This document shows, one piece after another, positions 38,936 to 51,886 of a stretch of 60,000 nt of DNA. Within the stretch, counting starts at the first letter, position 1. Every line of letters begins with the position of its first letter. Under the pieces are notes generated by a model. That model saw nothing but the letters and a program-made list of their open reading frames with translations. It was not told the DNA's origin and did no database searches. The DNA is from Mobula hypostoma (lineage: Eukaryota): NCBI RefSeq assembly GCF_963921235.1, contig NC_086107.1, positions 103,108,001-103,168,000 of the forward strand. The letters are read 5' to 3'. Made by a program: the position numbers and the translations under genes.

Positions 38936-40074
38936 GGCAGGTGTTGGATTAGAGTCCAAGTTTGCCTATGTATTTATGTAATCTGTAATAGTTCAGAGAA
39001 TGTTCAGTATAGCTAGTTCTGGATTTCTGCGTGGCTTCTCTGCAGCCTGTGTCTCGCCATTGAACCTGTCTCATTGGCAGTCTCTTCTCTGCCTCAGTTG
39101 ATCCGAGTTTTTAGTATAAGACGACCGTGATATTTTACAATGACCAGCTAACAGGTAAGTCTTTGGACTGTGGGAGGAAATAGGAGCCTGGGTGTACAGG
39201 CAGCAGCGGGAATTGAACCCGGGTCACCTGTACTGTAAACTGTTGTGCTAACCACTATGTTACCAGGCCGCCCTGGCATGACTCTTTGTTTTTTTTTGTC
39301 TTCTTCTTTTCCTGCTGTTCTCTTCCTAATCTTTCTTTCTTCATGACAACAGAGTTAGTTACTGTTATTCCTTTGTTACGAACACCTAATAAGATAGCTC
39401 TAACTGCAAGGGTTCTTGACTTCCGAAGAACCAACTGGGTCACGTCGCCGCCAGATCCAATGCCGGCAAGCCCTCGAGCAGGAGGGTCCGCGGCACCTCG
39501 ACAGCCAATCGGGCTTCAGGAGAGTCGGCAGGCAGCTGTCAATCATCGAGTGGCTGGTCCAAAGTCACAGCATCTGGAGAATAAATTGGAAAGCAGTCAG
39601 CAGAGTTCAGAGGGACAGACCTCTCCCGTGATCAGTGAAATGCAGAAATTCATTCTTTCTTTACATTTTGTCAACACAGGAGCTGATACTTACTCCAGGA
39701 ATGGGGTGGTGAGCACATTTCTGTTTACCTTAGTGATACGGGGGTTGAGACAGTCCAAAACGTAAAGTTCCGAGTAGTGAACATATACACAATGTGGCCA
39801 AGAGAGCTCACCATTTTCACAGGAGGCTGAAGAAATTAGATGTGTCCCCACTGACCTTCACCGAATGTTTAGCAGGCCAAGGCCCTTCATCAGGACAGGA
39901 AAGAAAGAGAAGAAGACAGCACCCGTCTTCTAGTTTGAAGCCGGGTCACTGGGACTATGCTGCTGTGCTTTTATGAGCTGTGTCATCGTGCTGGCCCTTG
40001 ATAAGTCACTGCTACCTTATTGTAAAGGGAGTGGTGAAAGTGCATTCACTGCAAAGGTTTTAAAAAAAAAAGAC

Positions 40075-40850
40075 CCTGATGGGAGTTTTATACAAACCCC
40101 CAAATAGTAGCAATGATGTGGTCTACAGATTATACCGGGAGATAGAAAATGCGTGCCAAAAAGACAACGTTACAATAGTCATGCGGGATTCGATATGTAG
40201 CTAGATTGGGAAAATCAGGTTGTTGCTAGATCCCAAGAGGGGGGATTTCTCAAATGCCTAAGAGGTGGTTTTCTAGGGGATTGGCTATTCTGGGTTGGGT
40301 GTTGTGCAATGAACCTGAATTGATTAGAGAGCTTAAGGTAAAAGAACCCTTAGGGACAAATGATCATAATGTGATCGGATTCACCTTGAAATCTAAGGAG
40401 AAGCTAAAGTCAGTTGTATCAGTATTACAGAGGAGTAAAGGGAATTACAGAGACATGAGAGAGGAGTTGGCCAGACTTGATTGGAAAAGAACACTGGCAG
40501 GGATGATGGCAGAGCAGCAATGGCTGAAATTTCTGGAAACAATTCAGAAGGTACAGGATACATACATCCCAAAGAGGAAGAAAGGCAAGATGACACAACC
40601 GTGGCTAACAAGAGGAGTCAAAACCAACATAAAAACCAAAAGGGCATAAAATAGAACAAAAATTAATTGGAAGTTAGAAGATTGGGAAGCTTTTAAATAC
40701 CAACAGAAGGCAACTATAAAGTCATTAAGAAGGTAAAGGAGGAATAGGAAAGTAAGCTAGCCAATAATATTGAAGAGGATACAAAAACTTTCTTCAGATA
40801 CATGAATGGGCCAAATGGCCTAATTCTGCTCCTATATCTTATGGTCTTAC
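40075..40850 (+). mobile_element. CR1 LINE ORF2 endonuclease-region fragment fused to a CR1 3' tail
   Basis: GVLYKPPN.. and KEPLGTNDHNVI..KGNYRDMREELARLDW..QPWLTR. Confidence 0.75.
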
Positions 40851-41405
40851 AGGGGTGAGGACTTAGAATCCTAGAATGGGCAGTGGAGATGTCCAATCTG
40901 TCCATTTTATCTATGCTGACCTTCTGAGATAATCGCCCAATTAGGCACACTTTCTGCTCGATCAGCAGAATTTCTGAGAGGGTCTATCACTTTTTTGGAA
41001 GTGGTTATTGAATCTTCAGCCCACCCACCCCCCCCCCAAACAGTTCATTTCTGATGATACCTCTGTAACTAATTCAAGTCACAGGGTTACAAGTAGTCTG
41101 AAATTACAGAATTACCAGGAAGAATTTGACCACACCACATGGGGCATAAAGATTTCATTTCATCTTAAAGGATAGTGAGAGCCAGGAGGGGATTCCGGAG
41201 CTTGGGGCTGCCGCTCAGGAAAACTGGCAAGAATTAAGTGAACACTAAAATCTCACATGGCTGGAGGAAGTTATGGAGCCCAGGAGGGGAAAGGCCACTG
41301 AGAGACTTGAAAAGAAGGGTGAGACATCGAGGCTGGAAGTCAGTGCAGGTCAGAGGCAAATAGAAAGGTGCAAACAGACAATATTAATGACTGACAGTAA
41401 GATAA

Positions 41406-42623
41406 CACTGGACAGAAAGATTTTGCTTCCTGAATACTGTGTGTATCTTATGGATTTTGGTCTGCTGATCACGTAAAATCACCATGAAACCTCTCTATCA
41501 TTTTTTAAATCGCCTATTATTTGTTATTTCATAATTCAAGTCAATTAAAATGTTGCCCACATGGCAAGCTGAAAAGTTTTCTACCTTGTCCAAGCACGTC
41601 TGGCCATGCTTAGGTAGGACGGATACAGCATGGCAGGATAGATTTTAGAAAGGCTATTAATTTCCGCGAAGGCTTTCAAAGTTTGAGACAGATGTTTCCC
41701 AGAATGACTGATGCCAAGATTAAGGAAGCCATTTTTGTTGGTCCACAAATCAAACAGGTCATCAATGACAGACAATTCGAAGAACTTCTAGTGAGACCGG
41801 AGAAAATCACATGGAAGGCATTCAAGGAAGTTGTTGAAAATTTTCTTTGCAACTACAGAACACAAACTTCATGCAGCTAGTCAACAACATGCTTCAAGCA
41901 TACAAATCCATGAAATGCAACATGTCACTAAAGATTCATTTCCTGCATTCCCATTTAGACTTCGTCCCTGCAAATCTTGGCGCTGTCAGTAATGAGCATG
42001 GTGAAAGGTTTCACCAGGACATTGCGGTCATGGAGAAACTGTATCAGGGCAACTGGAATCCATCAATACTGGGTGATTATTGTTGGACACATAAGCGAGA
42101 AGCCACAGACACTGAGTACAAACTAAAATCATCAACAAAACATTTTTAACTGAGCTGAACTATTGCAAAGCATCAGCACCATTACGCAAATAAACGCATT
42201 ATACTCAATAAAAGTTAATTTTTTTTTTCTTCAAATTCCAATGTGATAGTCATAGTCATACTTTATTGATCCCAGGGGAAATTGGTTTTCGTTACAGTTG
42301 CACCATAAATATTTAAATAATAATAAAACCATAAATAGTTAAATAGTAATATGTAAATTATGCCAGGAAATAAGTCCAGGACCAGCCTATTGGCTCAGGG
42401 TGTCTGACCCTCCAAGGGAGGAGTTGTAAAGTTTGATGGCCACAGGCAGGAATGACTTCCTATGACGCTCTGTGTTGCATCTCGGTGGAATGAGTCTCTG
42501 GCTGAATGTACTCCTGTGCCCAACCAGTACAGTCTGAAATTACATTTGCATTCAGCTTCAGTCTATCATAAACAACAAAAAAAATTCTGAAGCAACACTT
42601 TCCAAAAAATTTGTGGTCCAGTA
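41406..42623 (+). mobile_element. Chapaev3-like (CMC superfamily) DNA transposon with transposase C-terminal remnant, interrupted by a LINE tail at ~42248-42530
   Basis: Termini TAA|CACTGGACAGAAA..TTTGTGGTCCAGTA. Frameshifted KIKEAIFVGPQIK..WKAFKEVVENFL / MSLKIHFLHSHLDFVPANLGAVSNEHGERFHQDI..YQGNWNPSILGDYCW. The family name is from recalled motifs. Confidence 0.65.
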
Positions 42624-43029
42624 CAAATGAATGAAACCTGGGCAGTCTTGCACTTCACTCACTGCCCTGTGCAATGTACAATTCATAGGCACACAAACAA
42701 AATGCTGGAGAAACCGGTTTACGTTTGATATTTTTCTTTGAACAGGTTGGTTCCCTGGTTCTTCATTGTTTCGTGACTGTCTGTGGGGAAGACGAATTTC
42801 AGGGTTGAAAACCGCATACATATTTTGATAATAAATGTGCTGTGAATCTTTTCTCTTCCCACTTAGTCTTAACCTACACCCTCCACAGCTCAACAACACA
42901 CGGCAAAAACAAGAGCATCCTACACAAATGGTGTTTCGCCTGCTGAGTTTCTCCAGCAATGTAGTTTTTTTCCCTATTATTGTTGGCTCTGGGAGAGATG
43001 TTATCTAGAACTTGTTAATATTTACTGGA

Positions 43030-43690
43030 ACAGCAGGCAGTGAAGAAAGCTAATGGCGTGCTGGCCTTCATAACAAGGGGAATTGAGTATAAGAGCAAAG
43101 AGGTCCTTCTGCAGCTGTACGGGGCCCTGGTGAGACCACACCTGGAATACTGTGTACAGTTTTGGTCTCCAAATTTGAGGAAGGACATTCTAGCTATTGA
43201 GGGAGTGCAGCGTAGGTTCACAAGGTTAATTCCCGGGATGGCGGGACTGTCATATGTCGAAAGATTGGAGCGACTGGGCTTGTATACCCTGGAATTTAGA
43301 AGGCTGAGAGGGGATCTTATTGAAGCATATAAGATTATTAAGGGATTGGACACGCTGCAGGCAGGAAGCATGTTCCCGCTGATGGGTGAGTCCAGAACCA
43401 GAGGCCACAGTTTAAGAATAAGGGGTAGACCATTTAGAACCGAGTTGAGGAAAAACTTTTTCACCCAGAGAGTGGTGGATATATGGAATGCTCTGCCCCA
43501 GAAGGCTGTGGAGGCCAAGTCTCTGGATGCTTTCAAGAAAGAGATGGATAGAGCGCTTAAAGATAGCGGAATCAAAGGTTATGGGGATAAGGCAGGAACT
43601 GGATACTGATTGTGGATGATCAGCCATGATCACAGTGAATGGCGGTGCTGGCTCAAAGGGCCGAATGGCCTACTCCTGCACCTATTGTCT
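43030..43690 (+). mobile_element. Young 5'-truncated CR1 LINE
   Basis: Uninterrupted 189-aa ORF2 C-terminus (43040-43609; LVRPHLEYCVQFWSP..FFTQRVVDIWNALP), followed by the CR1 tail. Confidence 0.9.
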
Positions 43691-44249
43691 ACCAAAATAT
43701 ATTAAGGGTTCCAGTCTAAAGATTCAACTGAAGGAGATTTTTATGTCAAAAGAGGGCAAGCCATTTTCCATGATTTTTAATATACAAGTTACAGTTGATG
43801 ACAAAATGTACAAGAAACTAATTTTAACCAGGTTAAAATTCAGAAGAGCATCTAGGAGCCCATAATAACCTATGATTTTCATTCATGGTCCTTGACTTCC
43901 TTAAGTACCGGATTCTGTACCTGACGAGCCAGGATACATCAACATCCCAAACCTCGGTCCTGTTGTAGTTGCCTCATGTCTGCCTTTTGGTGATCACTGC
44001 ACTACAATCCCTGCACTCTCAAATTCCAGAGGACAAGGAAGCACTTTGTAATGAGATGAAATACCACAGGCAAGATAAGGCAGTCTTCTTGGATACAGAC
44101 AGTTCTTTTGATGCACAATTTGCTGCCTAAAAGAGTGTTGAAAGCAAGTTTACTAACAACAAAGGAATTGGATAAATAGTGAAACAGCAGGAATTGGATT
44201 ATTATTTAGAGATACAGTGAGGAATAGTCCCTTTCAGCCTGTAGGGTAA

Positions 44250-44890
44250 TACAACAGGTGGCGGGAGGAGAAGATGGCGGTGCGACGCAGCGCATGTGTG
44301 CAGTTCTCCAGTGACAAATGATCGTATCTGTTAAATATTCTGATGCACAATTCTGATTTGATGGAGACAGACGTGAGAAGCAGAGGGACATCTGGAGAAA
44401 TTTCTGAAATGCCCGGTTCGCCGCCGCTGCTACTGTGCGATCGAGAATCTCTGGAGGGAAGGCCCCAAAATCCCCGGCTTTGCCTGCTGCTGGCAACTGA
44501 GGCTGAGGTCGAAGCGTTCAGTGGAGATGGCGCTCGGTACTCAGTGCCAGAGGGCTGATCGGAGCTCCAAGTTTTCGGACTCAGAGTCAGACTGTGGTCG
44601 GGCATGGCAGGGAGAGTTTTCTTCCTTCTCCCGTCTGCGTAAGATGTGGGACTTTTGAGAGACTTTGAACTTTTTTTTACTGTGCCATGTCCTGTTCTTC
44701 ATCAAGTTATGGTATTGTTGCACTGTTGTAACTATATGTTATAATTATGTGGTTTTTGCTAATTTTTCATTCTCGGTCTGTCCTGTGTTTCTGTGATATC
44801 ACACCGGAGGAATATTGTATCATTTCTTAATGCATGCATTACTAAATGACAATAAAAGAGGACTGCGTGTCCTCATAATTTAATCTAATG
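44250..44890 (+). mobile_element. Non-autonomous retroposon-like repeat
   Basis: Starts GGAGAAGATGGCG, has a CpG-rich body, and ends in an AT-rich LINE-like tail with AATAAA. Confidence 0.45.
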
Positions 44891-45989
44891 TTCATGATAG
44901 AAACTGTTCTACATAATTCACAAACACTGCCATTGAGTTGTTGTGTTCACTTTAAGAGACGGTGCCTGACATACCGAGGTCAGGTGACTGCTTTTGGCTT
45001 GTTTGTAATGGAAGTAAAGAGCTGAAGCTTTTGTTATTCACAGAATTCAACAGGACCTTTGGGCCACACAGCCAGCAACACCCAATTGAATCCTAGCCTA
45101 ATCACAGGTCGACTTACAATGACCAATTAACCTACTAACCAGTATGGCTTTGGACTGTGGGAGGAAACCGGAGCACTTGGAGGAGACCTACACATTTCCT
45201 TACAGAGGATGCTGGGATTGAACTCTGAACTCTGACGTCCCAAGCTGTAATAGCGCTGCTCTAACCGCTACATTACCGTGGCACCTCAAGGGCTGTGGAG
45301 ATAGAGGGGGAGAGTGGTACTACTGGAAATGCTTTGTCTTTCCAGACAGTGAGGCGATGTACAGGCAGGATGAGTTAGAATAACCCTCCCTCTGTTGTTT
45401 TGCTCGCTCCAGGAATCCTTCTCTTTCCTCGTGTTTGGGTAACTCTTTACAGTGCCCGCTGTAAGATCAGAGCTCAACTCCTGTATGGAGTTTGTATGTC
45501 CTGTCCGAGAACACGTGGATCTCCTCCCACATCCCAAAGATTCACGACTTAGCGATAGCAAGACGTGAGTATGCCACGCTGGCACCGGAAGCACGGCGAC
45601 ATTTGCGGGCTGCCCCCCAGCCTATCCTCAGACTATGATGATCGTTGACACAAACACATCTCACACTACGTTTTGGCGTTCCGAAGTACGTGTGACAAAT
45701 AAAGCTAGTCTTTCACCTTTAATCAGAGAGGAATTGTTGAGATTAGCGCTGTGTCTTTCTTTTTCTCCAGACACCTCAGCACTAAATCGGATTGGAGGAT
45801 GAGCCTAACCTCAGCCCGTCAAAAGTCCTAATTATGGAAGTGTAAACTGAGCCACTGAAGTAGTGAGGAGAGTGACAAAAATAGACAAGAGTATTCATGG
45901 ACACCCAGTCCAGCTGCCGCTCAGAGCCCCAAACCCAGAAATCCACCCTACAGAAATCAGCCCCTTGCTTAAGGACAAAACACGAGAAG

Positions 45990-46300
45990 ATCTGCAGACA
46001 CAAGAGGGACTGCAGATGCTGGAAATCTAGAGCAATACACACAATGTGCTGGAGGAACTCAGCAGGTCAGGCAGCATCTACGGAGGGGAATAAACAGTCG
46101 ACGTTTCGGGCCGAGACCCTTCATCGGGGCTGGAAAGGAAGGGGGAAGAAGTCCGAATAAGAAGGTGGGAAGAGGGGATGGGGAAGTACAAGGCAGCAGG
46201 GGAAAGCTGAAACAGGGAGAGGGCCCGAAACATCGACTGTTTACTTTTTTCCATGGATGCTGCCTAACCTGCTGAGTTCCTCCAGCATTTTGTGTGCCTT
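45990..46300. mobile_element. Penelope-like termini in inverted arrangement
   Basis: Minus-strand terminus with CCGATGAAGGGTCTCGGCCCGAAACGTCGACTG, then a plus-strand terminus GCCCGAAACATCGACTG..CCTCCAGCATTTTGTGTG. Confidence 0.7.
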
Positions 46301-47101
46301 GCTAAATGAATAGTCCTATATAAGCTTTGAGAGTCTAGACCAGGAACTCGAAACCTGGTGTCCACAGACCCCTCGGTTAATGGCATAAAAAAGGTTGGGT
46401 ATAGCACCAATCTGGTAAGACATTCCAAGGGTTTAGGAGCCTCATCAGACCTCCCATAATATTGTGAGCAGGAGCTGGCCACGTACAAATTCAAATCTGC
46501 TCCTCTATTCAGTAGCCTGACCCCAGGCGCACATCTACTGCGTAACCCTTGGTTCGCACAAGATCGTAACGCAGTTGCTATGGCCATGGCCTTCCAGAAC
46601 CGGGTTCAACCTTGACCTGGGGCGCCATCGGTGACTGCATGATCTTGCGGAGACCAGGCTGGTTCTCCTCTGGGTGCTCTGGTTTCCCCTCATACCACAA
46701 ACTGTAGTTTGTCCCTCGTGGCGTAGGTGAGGGGTAGAACATGAGGAAGGTTGTTGGCAATTAAACAAAATGGTTTATGTAGGATGAGATTAAATGGGCA
46801 CTTAATAAGACCATTATAAGAGGAAGATTAGGCCATTTGGCCCATCAAGTCTACTCCACCAATCATGCCTGATTTACTTTCCCTCAAACCCCATTCTCCC
46901 GTTTTTTTCCCCCATTAACTTTTGACATCCTTGCTAATCGAGAACCTATCAACCTCCACTTACTCTATATGCAACGACCTGGCCTCCGCAGCCGACTGCA
47001 GCAATGAATTCCACAAATTCCACATACCCTCAGGCTAAAGAACTTACACTTCAACTCTTCTACAGCGGTCTCTTTTTCTAAAGCTGTGTCCTTTGGTCTT
47101 G

Positions 47102-48131
47102 GGGTATGTCCACACTACGCCGGATAATTTTGAAAACAAAGTTTTTTCTCTTCGTTTTGACCTTCTGTCCACACTGAGACGGTGTTTTCATCCCCGAAAA
47201 CGGAGATTTTCAGAAACAATCTCCAGAGTGAATAAATCTGAAAACGCCTAATATCTGTTGTAGTGTATACGGGGTAGACGGAGAGATTTAAAAACACTGT
47301 CATGACAACACCACAACACAACAATGCATTTTCTGCTTCTGCTTGGTACTGCGCAAGCACTGCTGTACGGCTGTTATAACGCGCAGTCAGTGTGAACGGC
47401 GTGAGAGTTAAATTGTAACGTGAGCTTTTTTGACTATTTAAAAACGCTGTCATGATGTGCCGGAACAGATGTTCGTTGTTTTCTTGAACGCAACCATCTA
47501 ACAATTTCAGAACAGACGGCAACAAGACAGAAGCCAGAAGGTTAGAAATGTACTCACCAAATACTTTGACCCATAGCTTACTGAATAAATAAGTATTCTC
47601 ACTTTGCCCTGTTTTCTGTCCTTGCTTGTATGAAGGTGGTTCACCTATTTATGCAAGTACTTCTCTGACAATAGATGTGTAACAGCCTAATGTAACATTG
47701 TATTGAAATACAAGATAACATTGATGCAGACATGTTTTATACATTTAACAAGGTGCTTTATTAATGCAACAGAGTTAGTCAGTCTTTCAATATTTGTCGT
47801 CAGCTGGGTCATACTATCCGTGAACCCCCTGTCGGTTGCCTCCATACACTCCAGTATTTGTTTTTTTTAAGTTTCAAGTCCTCCTGAGCGAGAGCCAAGA
47901 GCAATTCCTTTTAAGTTTTTCTACTCTGTAACTGGACAAACGCGCACCAAGTATACCATTTCCTCTTCGCTTGTTTTCTGTGTGTCCTGCGCGTGCCCAG
48001 TAGGAGGAGATTCGCCCAAATATCCGTCTAATATGGACAGAGATATTTTGACAAACGCTTAGTGTGAACGCCTGTCGTTTTTACTCGAAACCGGCGTTTT
48101 CAAAATTATCCGGCGTAGTGAAGACGTAGCC
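47102..48131 (-). mobile_element. PIF/Harbinger non-autonomous transposon, copy 2 (inverted relative to 24103-25060)
   Basis: Same TIRs; flanks TTG / TTA; the interior is largely the reverse complement of copy 1. Confidence 0.85.
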
Positions 48132-48459
48132 TTAGACCCGCCCACTATAAGAAACATCCTCTCCACGTTCACACTGTCTAGGTCTTTCAGTATTCGTTAG
48201 GTTTCAATAAAATGCCTCTCATTCTTCTAAATTCCAGTGAGTACAGGCCCAGAGCCATCAAATGCATCCCGTACGTAAACTCTTTCATTCCTGGGATCAT
48301 TCTCATGAGCCTCTGGACCTCTCCAATGCCAGCACATCCAACTGAAAGAACAGTCAGTTAGTCCTGACGAAGGGTCTCGGCCCAAAACGTCGACTGTACC
48401 TCTTCCTAGAGATGCTGCCTGGCTTGCTGCGTTCACCAGCATTTTTTATGTGTGTTAAC

Positions 48460-49245
48460 TGATTGCAGACTTCAGGAGAGGGAAACCAGAGATTCATCAG
48501 CCAGTTCTCGTCGGAGGATCAGAGATGGAGAGAGTCAGTAACTTTAAATTCCTGCCTGTCGTTATGTCGGAGGACCCGTCCTGGACCCATCATATAATTA
48601 TAGCAAAGAAAGCACGACAGTGCCTCTACTTCCTCAGGAGTCTGCGGAGATTTGGCACGACATCAAAAACCTTGACAAACTTCTTTAGATGTGTTATGGA
48701 AAGTGTGCTGATTGGCTGCGTTACAGCCTGGTCTGGGAACACCAATGCTTTTGAGTGGAAAGTCCTACAAAACATAGTGGACTCGGCCCAGTACATCACG
48801 GGTAAAGCCCTCCCAACCGTTGAGCACATCTACATGAAACATTGCCGTAGAAAAGCAGCAACCATCGTCAAAGATCCTCTGCTCTTTTCTCGCTGCTGCC
48901 ATCAAGTAGAAGGTATAAGTACCTCATGACTCACACCACCAGGTTCAAGAACGGTTACAGCCCCTCAACCATCAGCTTCTTGAACAAAAGGCGATAACTA
49001 CACTCATTCTATTTCTGGTGTTCCCACAACCGATGGTCTCACTTATAGAACTCTCTCCATTTTGTTATTTTATGCTCTTATTTATTGCTATTTATTTATA
49101 TCTGCATTTGCATAGTTTGTTGTCTATCAATCCTGTTTACTGTTACTATTCCGTAAGATTTGCTAAGTATGCCTGCAGGAAAAAAAATCTTAGGGTTGTA
49201 TGTAGTGACGTGTACATACTCTGATAATAAATATTACTTTGATCT
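48460..49245 (+). mobile_element. Rex1/Babar LINE 3' portion
   Basis: ERVSNFKFL..SEDPSWTHH..KKARQCLYFLRSLRRFG..MESVLIGCVTAW, plus a tail with AATAAA. Confidence 0.8.
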
Positions 49246-49711
49246 TTGAAACACGGTCTAACCAATGTCTTATAAAGTCTCAGCATTACATCCTTGATTT
49301 TATATTCCAATCATCTTGAAATGACATTGCATTTGCCTCACTACCAACTCAACCTGCAAGTTAACTTTAGGAAATCCTGCACTAGGATCTTACACCTCCA
49401 ATTTCTGAATTCACTCCTCACTGAGAAAATAGTCTCCAGCTTACTCCTTCCAACAACGTGCGAGACAATACTCTCCCTGACATCGTATTCTATCTGCTAC
49501 TTCTTTGCCCATTCTCCGAATCTGTCCAAGTCCTTTTGCAGTCTCCCTGGTTCCTCAGCACTACCTGCCCCACCACCAGTCTTTCTGCTGTCCACAAGCT
49601 TAGCCACAAAGCCATTGATTCTATCTTCCAAGTCATTATCATATAATGTGAAGAGAACACAGACCCCCGTGGAACACCACTAGTCACCGGGCAGCCAACC
49701 AGGAAAGGCTG

Positions 49712-50071
49712 CAGATACAAGGAAATCTGCAGATGCTGCAATTTCAAGCAACACACAGAAAAATTGATGGTGAACGCAGCAGGCCAGGCAGCATCTCTAG
49801 GAAGAGGTACAGTTGACGTTTCGGGCCGAGACCCTTCGTCAGGACTAACTGAAAGAAGAGCTAGTAAGAGATTTGAAAGTGGGAGGGGGAGGGGGAGATC
49901 CAAAATGATAGAGGAAGACAGGAGGGGGAGGGATGGAGCCAAGAGCTGGACGGGTGATTGGCAAAGGGGATATGAGAGGATCATGGGACAGGAGGCCCGG
50001 GAAGAAAGACAAGGGGGGGGGGGACACAGAGGATGGGCAAGGGGTATAGTGAGAGGGACAGAGGGAGAAAA

Positions 50072-50112
<41 letters not shown>

Positions 50113-51460
50113 AATAAGTAGATAGACAGATAAATAAATAACGGATGGGGTACGAAGGGGAGGTGGGGTATTAACAGAAGTTAGAGAAGTCAATGTTCAT
50201 GCCATCAGGTTGGAGGCTACCCAGACAGAATATAAGGTGTTGTTCCTCCAACCTGAGTGTGGCTTCATCTTTACAGTAGAGGAGGCTGTGGATAGACATA
50301 TCAGAATGGGAATGGGACATGGAATTAAAATGTGTGGCCACTGGGAGATCCTGCTTTCTCTGGCGGACAGAGCGTAGGTATTCAGCGAAACGGTCTCCCA
50401 GCCTGCTCTGGGTCTCACCAATATATAGAAGGCCGCATCGGGAGCACTGGACGCAGTACATCACCCCAGCCGACTCACAGGTGAAGTGTCGCCTCACCTG
50501 GAAGGACTGTCTGGGGCCCTGAATGGTGGTAAAGGAGGAGGTGTAAGGGCATGTGTAGCACTTGTTCCGCTTACAAGGATAAGTGCCGGGAGGGAGATCA
50601 GTGGGGAGGGATGGTGGGGACGAATGGACAAGGGAGTCGCGTAGGGAGCGATCCCTGTGGAAAGCAGAGGGGGAGGGAGAGAAAGATGTGCTTAGTTGTG
50701 GGATCCCGTTGGAGGTGGCAGAAGTTACGGAGAATAATATGTTGGACCCGGAGGCTGGTGGGGTGGTAGGTGAGGACAAGGGGAACCCTATTCCTAGTGG
50801 GGTGGCGGGAGGATGGGGTGAGGGCAGATGTGCGTGAAATGGGAGAGACGTGTTTGAGAGCAGAGCTGATGGTGGAGGAAGGGAAGCCCCTTTCTTTAAA
50901 AAAGGAGGACATCTCCCTCGTCCTGGAATGAAAAGCCTCATCCTGAGAGCAGATGTGGCAGAGACGGAGGAATTGCGAGAAGGGGATGGCATTTTTGCAA
51001 GAGACAGGGTGAGAAGAGGAATAGTCCAGATAGCTGTGGGAGTCAGTAGGCTTATAGTAGACATCAGTAGATAAGCTGTCTCCAGAGATAGAGACAGAAA
51101 GATCTAGAAAGGGGAGGGAGGTGTCAGAAATGGACCAGGTAAACTTGAGGGCAGGGTGAAAGTTGGAGGCAAAGTTAATGAAGTCAGCGAGCTCAGCATG
51201 CATGCAGGAAGCAGCGCCAATGCAGTCATCGATGTAGCGAAGGAAAAGTGGGGGACAGATACCAGTACAGGCTTGGAACATGGATTGTTCCACAAAGCCA
51301 ACAAAAAGGCAGGCATAGCTAGGACCCATACGGGTGCCTATTGCTACACCTTTAGCTTGGAGGAAATGGGAGGAGCCAAAGGAGAAATTATTAAGAGTAA
51401 GGACTAATTCCACTAGACGGAGCAGAGTGGTGGTAGAGGGGAACTGGTTAGGTCTGCAAT
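49712..51460 (-). mobile_element. 5'-truncated Penelope-like retroelement (RT + GIY-YIG endonuclease) with one frameshift
   Basis: ORF 50598..51413: GVAIGTRMGPSYACLF, FLRYIDD, LPFLD, VYYKPTD. ORF 50171..51064: CKRNKCYTC linker, VMYCVQCSRCGLLYIGETQSRLGDRFAE, VATHFN, RLEEQHLIFCLGSLQPDGMN. Frameshift near 50650-50690. Confidence 0.92.
49810..49847 (-). ncRNA. Minimal type I hammerhead ribozyme motif in the Penelope terminus
   Basis: RNA UAGUC-CUGACGA-A-GGGU(CUCG)GCCC-GAAA-CG-UC-AACUG: CUGANGA/GAAA/UH core, stem II, palindromic ACGU stem III. Stem I has one mismatch here but is perfect (CAGUC/GACUG) in the consensus across copies. Confidence 0.7.
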
Positions 51461-51886
51461 TCCACTCCTGGGGTGTAGTCCATCCGGTCCAGGTGACTTA
51501 ACTACCATCAGACCTTTCAGCTTCTCAAGCGCCTCTCCCTTAGTAATAGCAACTACACTCACTTCTACCCCGCAACCTTCTCAAACTTCTGGCATGCTGC
51601 TGGTGTCTTCCTCAGTGAAGACCGAAGCAAAATACTTACTCAGTTCAATACTATTTCTTTGTTCCCTCTAGTTCGGCATGGACTAGAAGGGCCAAGATGG
51701 CCTGTTTCCATGCTGTAATTGTTATATGGTTATAATTCCATCTCCCTTATTATTTTCCAGCGGTCCAGTGTCCAGTCTTACCTCTTTTACTCTTTTTTTT
51801 TGAAAAATCGTTTGGCTTTTGGTATTCTCTTTTATATTATTGGCTGGCTTACTTCCTTAACTCTAATGTTATCTCCTTATTGCTTT

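Noticed and set aside
38936..38959. ORF-track N-terminal extension MDSNPTPA of WDR24
   Set aside because: It starts at TTG; the ATG at 38935 has a strong Kozak context and aligns with the known N-terminus.
43040..43609. 189-aa intact ORF as a host gene
   Set aside because: It is the C-terminus of CR1 ORF2, with a near-identical copy at 26.5-27.0 kb.
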